DNA from: Longimicrobiales bacterium
GTDB taxonomy: Bacteria > Gemmatimonadota > Gemmatimonadetes > Longimicrobiales > Gaopeijiaceae
Assembly: GCA_965202985.1 (NCBI GenBank)
Contig: CBDBCF010000001.1
Coordinates: forward strand, 2,816,001-2,880,000
Reading direction: 5' to 3'
DNA: 64,000 nt
In this document: piece after piece, positions 59,152-64,000 of the stretch
Layout of the letters: the number at the start of each line of letters is the position of its first letter
How positions within the stretch are numbered: the stretch's first letter is position 1
Translations under genes and position numbers: made by a program
The notes under the pieces: model-generated
The model's database searches: none
What the model saw: the letters and a program-made list of their open reading frames with translations, nothing else
What the model was told of the DNA's origin: nothing

Positions 59152-59913
59152 CGCTCTTGCCTCCGTCAAGTCGGTGATCTTCGACAGTTCATCTTCCGAA
59201 CGTCCCCACTGCCGCGCCGCGCCCAACGCCCACAGCGCGAACGCCTCCGGGACCCCGGCGTGCTCGGGACCGGGATACGCCTCCAACACCTCGTCCAGCA
59301 CGGCCCGGACCTTCCCCGTGCCGCCGTCCCGCTCGAGCTCCCTCAACCAAGTCAGGATGCGCGGCTTCCGCAAGCTTCGCCCGGGCACCGCACGCATGTC
59401 AAGCACTTGGTACGGCAGCCGGACCGAGAGGTCGCGGAGCTGGGGCAGCGTGGGCGAGATCAGGTCCGCGATGTCGAGGCGGGCGTCCCAAGGACGGGGG
59501 CCGTTGTGGACGACGCAGACGACGACGGGGGGTAGCCGGTGGTCGGCACCGGACGGCGTCTCGCGGATTAGGTTCTCGTAGGCGTCGGTCACGTAGCGGA
59601 GGACGCGGGCGGCCATGGAGGGGTCGACCCGGGACTGGAACTCGAGGAGCAGGACCATAAAGCCGGGGCGGTGTCGGAAGTCGACGCGCCAGATCATGTC
59701 GGCCTGTCGGCGTTCGAGCCGGGAGTCGACATGCTCCGGCGTGACCTTGCGCATCGAGTCGAGGTCGAGTTGGTCAGCCCATTCGGGAGCGAGGTAGTCT
59801 TCGAGGAGTTCTGCGACGGTGGGGGCCTGGGAGAAGAAGAACTTGTAGACCTCGTCGTGCTTGCGGCGTGGTGGGCGGTGGGAGCCGTGAGACTCTCGGT
59901 GGGCGTCGTGCAA
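58900..59913 (-). CDS. Rpn family recombination-promoting nuclease/putative transposase (YhgA-like)
   Basis: HDEVYK, ADMIW, LEFQSRVDPSMAAR, LPPVV..VHNG..PW and EGRREGRREG repeats. Confidence 0.92.
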   Translation of the reverse strand: MHDAHRESHGSHRPPRRKHDEVYKFFFSQAPTVAELLEDYLAPEWADQLDLDSMRKVTPEHVDSRLERRQADMIWRVDFRHRPGFMVLLLEFQSRVDPSMAARVLRYVTDAYENLIRETPSGADHRLPPVVVCVVHNGPRPWDARLDIADLISPTLPQLRDLSVRLPYQVLDMRAVPGRSLRKPRILTWLRELERDGGTGKVRAVLDEVLEAYPGPEHAGVPEAFALWALGAARQWGRSEDELSKITDLTEARAMYTQIEEEMARLRDEGRREGRREGRREARTLLERQVAKKFGADAAGQLSGLIGGLDGRDQLDAAADAVIECDTVGELIARLAN

Positions 59914-60240
59914 CGGGGCCTCCTGTGGGGGCGGGGTTCGCGGATTCGCGGAGGCCCTCGGGGGCGCTCCGGGCCCGGGGGAATGGCTGGGCCGGAAGCA
60001 AGATGCACTCGGAAATTGGGCGTTTGGATAGCTGGATCGGCCTCAATTTCGTCCACGGCGAAACGACCCGGTCTGCACCCGCCTGCCGAAGTCGCCGGCA
60101 GGTGTTGGCGCCGGACGGGCCGCCGTAACTTTGATTCCCCCTTGCCCCGCCGGAGCTGAATGCGATGCGCGCCAAGTCCGTCTGTTCTCGTCTTCTCTTC
60201 ATGGCGACGGCGCCGGCAGCAAGCGCCCGAGGCCGTTAGC

Positions 60241-61542
60241 GTGGACGGCGAAGGGGCGGACGCGGTTGCGCGCGGCTTGCCCCCGCATCCCTTTGCGGAA
60301 CGGCGTTGCGCCGTCCTGTCCCAGCTGGAAGACGGTTCCATGCTGCTCCCTGCCTCGCCGGTTCGCTTCAAGAACGGCGATTCGGAGTACCGGTACCGGC
60401 CCGCGTCCGAGCTCTTCTACCTGACCGGCTGGGAGCTGCCGGAGTGCATCGCGCTGCTCCGGGGCTTCGCCGACGAGGACAGGTTCGTCCTGTTCACGGC
60501 CGAGCCGGACCCGGCCCGGGAGCTGTGGACGGGGAAGCGGCCGGCGCTGGCCGAAACGAAGGAACGGTTCGGGGCGTGCGCCGTCCACCCGCTGGAGCGC
60601 TTCGACGCGCTGGCGCCGGGCCTGCTGGCGGGGGGAGATCGGGTCCTGTATCGGCTGGGCGAGTCCGGCACGTGCGACCGGGCCGTGCGAAGCGCGTTGG
60701 CGAAAGGGCGGGCGCTGTGGGCACGCCGGGGGGCCGGGTTGCGCACCGTGGCCGACCCGGGGACGATCCTGGACGAGATGCGCGTTCGGAAGGACCCGGC
60801 GGAAGTGGCCCGCATCCGGGAGGCGGCGCGCATTACGGCGGAGGCGTTCCCGGAGGGGCTGGCCTGCGTGGCCGACGGGGCGGGGGAGTGGGAGGTGGAG
60901 GCGGCGCTGGAAGCCGGGTTCCGGCAGCGGGGCGCCCAGGGGCCGGCGTTCGCCACGATCGTGGCCGCCGGCGAGGCCGCATGCACCCTTCACTACGTCG
61001 CCAACGACCGGCGCATGAGGGCCGGCGAGCTGGTGGTGGTCGACGCCGGCGCCGAGTTCGGCTGGTACGCCGCCGACGTGACGCGAACGGTGCCGGTCTC
61101 CGGGCGGACGAGCGGGTTGCGGCGGGACGCCTGGGAGGTGGTGCGACGGGCCCAAGCCGCTGCGGTGGGCGCGTGCGGACCCGGCGTGGCCGTGGCGGAC
61201 GTTCATCGGGCGGCGGCGGAGGTCGTGGCCGAAGGGCTGATCGCGCTGGGCGCGGTCCGGGGGCCGGCTGGGCGAGTGCTCGAAGAGAAGGCGTACCGGC
61301 CGTTCTTCCCGCACAACACGTCGCACTGGCTGGGCCTGGACGTGCACGACCCCGGGACCTACGGCGCGCTGGCCCCCGGCATGGTCCTGACGGTGGAGCC
61401 CGGACTCTACTTCCACCCTGGAGCGTGTCCCCGGCGACCGGGGCTGGAAGGAACCGGCATCCGCATCGAAGACGACGTGCTGGTGACCGAGGACGGCGCC
61501 GAGGTCCTGACCGCCGCGGCCCCTGCGCCCGCCTGCCGATGA
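60241..61542 (+). CDS. pepP: Xaa-Pro aminopeptidase P
   Basis: AMP_N (YRYRPASELFYLTG), LHY, DAG, ADVTRT, HWLGLDVHD, TVEPGLY and GIRIEDD. Start uncertain. Confidence 0.92.
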   Translation: MDGEGADAVARGLPPHPFAERRCAVLSQLEDGSMLLPASPVRFKNGDSEYRYRPASELFYLTGWELPECIALLRGFADEDRFVLFTAEPDPARELWTGKRPALAETKERFGACAVHPLERFDALAPGLLAGGDRVLYRLGESGTCDRAVRSALAKGRALWARRGAGLRTVADPGTILDEMRVRKDPAEVARIREAARITAEAFPEGLACVADGAGEWEVEAALEAGFRQRGAQGPAFATIVAAGEAACTLHYVANDRRMRAGELVVVDAGAEFGWYAADVTRTVPVSGRTSGLRRDAWEVVRRAQAAAVGACGPGVAVADVHRAAAEVVAEGLIALGAVRGPAGRVLEEKAYRPFFPHNTSHWLGLDVHDPGTYGALAPGMVLTVEPGLYFHPGACPRRPGLEGTGIRIEDDVLVTEDGAEVLTAAAPAPACR

Positions 61543-62390
61543 GCGCCCTGGTACGGTGTTTGGAGCGCCCCGGCCCCCTGGCGGCCGCCGAACTTCGGCC
61601 GCCGCGTTCCGACTTGGCGCCGGCGCGCAGCATGGATGTGTGGATCGACCTGCACCACTCCCTGCAGCGGCTTTCGCGGGCGGGCGCCTTCGTGTTGCTG
61701 ACCGACGACGCCGTGGGGAGCGCCGAAGAAGAGAGCCTGGCCCACTTGGCGGCCAACTTGGGGGACGGCGGCGGCTTCCGGAGCGTGGTGCCGTTCCTGA
61801 CCTGCAAGCACTCCTTGGACTACTGCCGCCTATTTGCTAGGCGCGCTGCCAGCCTGGGCGTGGCGGGACTGGCCGTGGTGGGCGGCGACGAGTCCGTGGG
61901 ACCGCCTCGGTGCGTACCGCACGGTCAGGACCTGCGCCGGTTGATTCGGGAAGATCAGCCGGAGCTGGCGCTGGCCGGATGGGCCAACCCGCATCGGGAC
62001 CCCGAGCGCCAAGCCCGCTTCGCGGCAGCCCCCGGTTTCAGCGCCGACTTCGTACTGACCCAGGTGGTGTCGCACCACTCCCTGGACCGCGTCGAGCGCT
62101 TTCGGCGCGAGCTGGCCCGACTGGACGTGGCGCTGCCCGTGGTTTGGGGCGTGTTCATGTATCGCAGCGCCAACCCGCGCACGCTGGAACGCCTGGGCCG
62201 GTTCTTCCCCGTGCCGGCGGCCGAGGTTGCCCGCGAGTTCGGGCGTGGCGACCGACCGGAAGAGATATGTGCGCGGTCGATTCGCGCGTTGCGGGACGCG
62301 GGCGCCGACAAGGTCTACGTGAGCAACCTGGGCAGCCGGGACGCCGCCGGCGAACTAGCCCGCGTGGTGGAGGCGGCGGAGAGCAGCTGA
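61539..62390 (+). CDS. Methylenetetrahydrofolate reductase-like protein
   Basis: ELRPP, TD, FLTCK, GGD and LTQ pattern of the MTHFR barrel. ATGA overlap with pepP. Confidence 0.65.
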   Translation: MSALVRCLERPGPLAAAELRPPRSDLAPARSMDVWIDLHHSLQRLSRAGAFVLLTDDAVGSAEEESLAHLAANLGDGGGFRSVVPFLTCKHSLDYCRLFARRAASLGVAGLAVVGGDESVGPPRCVPHGQDLRRLIREDQPELALAGWANPHRDPERQARFAAAPGFSADFVLTQVVSHHSLDRVERFRRELARLDVALPVVWGVFMYRSANPRTLERLGRFFPVPAAEVAREFGRGDRPEEICARSIRALRDAGADKVYVSNLGSRDAAGELARVVEAAESS

Positions 62391-62405
62391 AGGCGGGTCG
62401 CGCGG

Positions 62406-64000
62406 TCAGCGGGGCAGATCGAGCACGAACGCTGCGGCCGGTCCCGGAGACGCAACGACGTGGACGCCGGCGACGTGGGGGGCCAGTTCGGCCACGATCT
62501 CGCGGGCGACCTCGGCGCCTTCGCGGACGACGTGCTCCTTGCCGCGCGACGCGGCCGCGCGCATTCGCGTCACCACGATGTCCGGCACGTGCACGCCGGG
62601 GACCTCGTTTTGCAGAAACTCGGCCTGCGTCGGGGTCTCCAGCAGCTGGATCGTGGCCAGCACCGGAACGTCCGCCCCGTCGGCCGCCGTCTTGGCTTCT
62701 TCCAGGAACGCCAGCAGGTGCTCGGCATCGAAAACGGGTCGCGTGACCGTGAACGCCGCGCCGGCGTCCACCTTCCAGCGAAAGCGTTCCAGCTCTCGCG
62801 ATCGGTCCCGCGCCCCCTGCGAGAGGACGACGCCGGCGACGAATCCCGCCGGCTCGCCCGTCTCGTTGCCCGACGGGTCCCGACCCGTGTTCAGCCCCGC
62901 GACCACGTTGGCCAGCCCGATCGAATCGATGTCCACCGTGGCCCCCGACCCGGCCGGCACGCCGACCGGAAGCCCGCCCGTGTCCAGAAGCAGGTTGCGG
63001 ACGCCCGATGCCGCGGCGCCCAGCAGGTCGGCGATCATTGCCGGCAGGGTTCGGCCCCTGCACGTGCAGTGAAGCACCGGTTCCGCCGCCGGCTCGGCCG
63101 CGTTGCTGCCCGCCACCAGCGCCGCGGCGGCCGAGGCGCTCATCCGGGCGGCGGTTCGGTCCTCGTGCACGACCGCGAAACCGGCCCCGGCCCGGGCAAG
63201 GCGCCGGCAGCGGGACAGCAGCTCGGAGGCGTCCCACCCGCTGGGCGGCACGACGCGGACCAAGGCGACGAACTCTCCCGCGGCCAGCTGTTCCCCCAGA
63301 CGCGACCTCTCCTTCAACGGAGGCGCCGCCTTCCGCGCCGGGCTCTCCGACGGATCGCGGAGCACCCTTGCCGGCGGCGTTCGGGGTTGAAGGGCGGCCA
63401 CTTCCTCGCGGATCCGGCGCACGTGCTCCGGCGTGGTGCCGCAGCATCCGCCCACCAAGCGCACCCCGGCCTGGATGAGGCGGCGGGCGTACATGGCCAC
63501 GTAGTCGGGTCCCGCCAAGTACATCGTCCGATTCCCGACCGCCCGCGGAAGGCCCGCGTTGGGTTGCGCGGCCAGTGGCAAGCGCGTCGCCGCCGCCATT
63601 CGCTCCACGCCGTCCAGGATGACCGCCGGTCCCAGCGAGCAGTTGATGCCCACCACGTCGGCCCCCCACGCCTCGGCCGCCCGCGCCGCCTGCTCCACCG
63701 AAGCGCCGAACGACGTGGCGCAGTCCTCGCCCACCGTCACCTGCGCAACCACGGGAAGGTCGCAGCGGCTTCGCACCGCCCGCGCCGCCTGCTCCATCTC
63801 GGAGAGGTCGGAGAAGGTCTCGAGCACGAAGCCTTCGACGCCGCCCTCCAGCAAGCCGTCCACCTGGCGTCCGAAGTACGCTTCCGCCTCGTCCAGCGAC
63901 GTGGGGCCGAGCGGCTCCAACCGTATCCCCAGCGGACCCACGGCGCCGACCACCGCAGCCCGTCCCGACGCGGCCCGCCCCGCGATCTCGGCGCCGCGGC
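62406..64000 (-). CDS. Bifunctional homocysteine S-methyltransferase/MTHFR (YitJ-like), 5' truncated by window edge
   Basis: GINCSLGP, QPNAGLP and VGGCCGTTPEH, followed by an MTHFR domain (LHCTCRGR, KVDAGA, NEVPG). Confidence 0.92.
   Translation of the reverse strand, partial: RGAEIAGRAASGRAAVVGAVGPLGIRLEPLGPTSLDEAEAYFGRQVDGLLEGGVEGFVLETFSDLSEMEQAARAVRSRCDLPVVAQVTVGEDCATSFGASVEQAARAAEAWGADVVGINCSLGPAVILDGVERMAAATRLPLAAQPNAGLPRAVGNRTMYLAGPDYVAMYARRLIQAGVRLVGGCCGTTPEHVRRIREEVAALQPRTPPARVLRDPSESPARKAAPPLKERSRLGEQLAAGEFVALVRVVPPSGWDASELLSRCRRLARAGAGFAVVHEDRTAARMSASAAAALVAGSNAAEPAAEPVLHCTCRGRTLPAMIADLLGAAASGVRNLLLDTGGLPVGVPAGSGATVDIDSIGLANVVAGLNTGRDPSGNETGEPAGFVAGVVLSQGARDRSRELERFRWKVDAGAAFTVTRPVFDAEHLLAFLEEAKTAADGADVPVLATIQLLETPTQAEFLQNEVPGVHVPDIVVTRMRAAASRGKEHVVREGAEVAREIVAELAPHVAGVHVVASPGPAAAFVLDLPR

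Overview
High-GC bacterial chromosomal window. Gene content and protein style suggest Gemmatimonadota, possibly host- or sponge-associated; this is inference. The core part holds recQ, an acyl-CoA dehydrogenase, Rne/Rng, an aldehyde dehydrogenase, moxR-tlyC-gamma-CA, a complete F1Fo ATP synthase operon with a near-consensus Rex operator, a 23S-5S rRNA unit with no linked 16S, thiE-mltG-ruvX, tRNA-Ala(TGC), priA, two converging ECF sigma/anti-sigma modules (one with MacAB-TolC, one with a PDZ protein), thrC, pepP and two MTHFR-type genes. There are three accessory regions. (1) 1-9.8 kb: three polytopic glycan-modification-type membrane proteins, one of them an O-antigen-ligase-like protein carrying a plant-type LRR insert, plus a DPP-IV and a decayed Rpn gene. 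(2) 49.7-58.3 kb: a carboxypeptidase-regulatory-like/TonB-receptor fusion ORF, divergent from an operon encoding a membrane-tethered precursor of a 6-Cys knottin-like peptide and two beta-propeller lipoproteins, followed by an IS21 remnant and an orphan ECF sigma. (3) 58.4-59.9 kb: an intact Rpn gene with an internal RBS/ATG and a deleted tandem copy. The best candidates for an undescribed system are the Cys-rich peptide/propeller/TonB locus and the retained Rpn C-terminal (antitoxin-like) mini-genes. No CRISPR array was seen. No searches were run, so all family calls come from recognised motifs.
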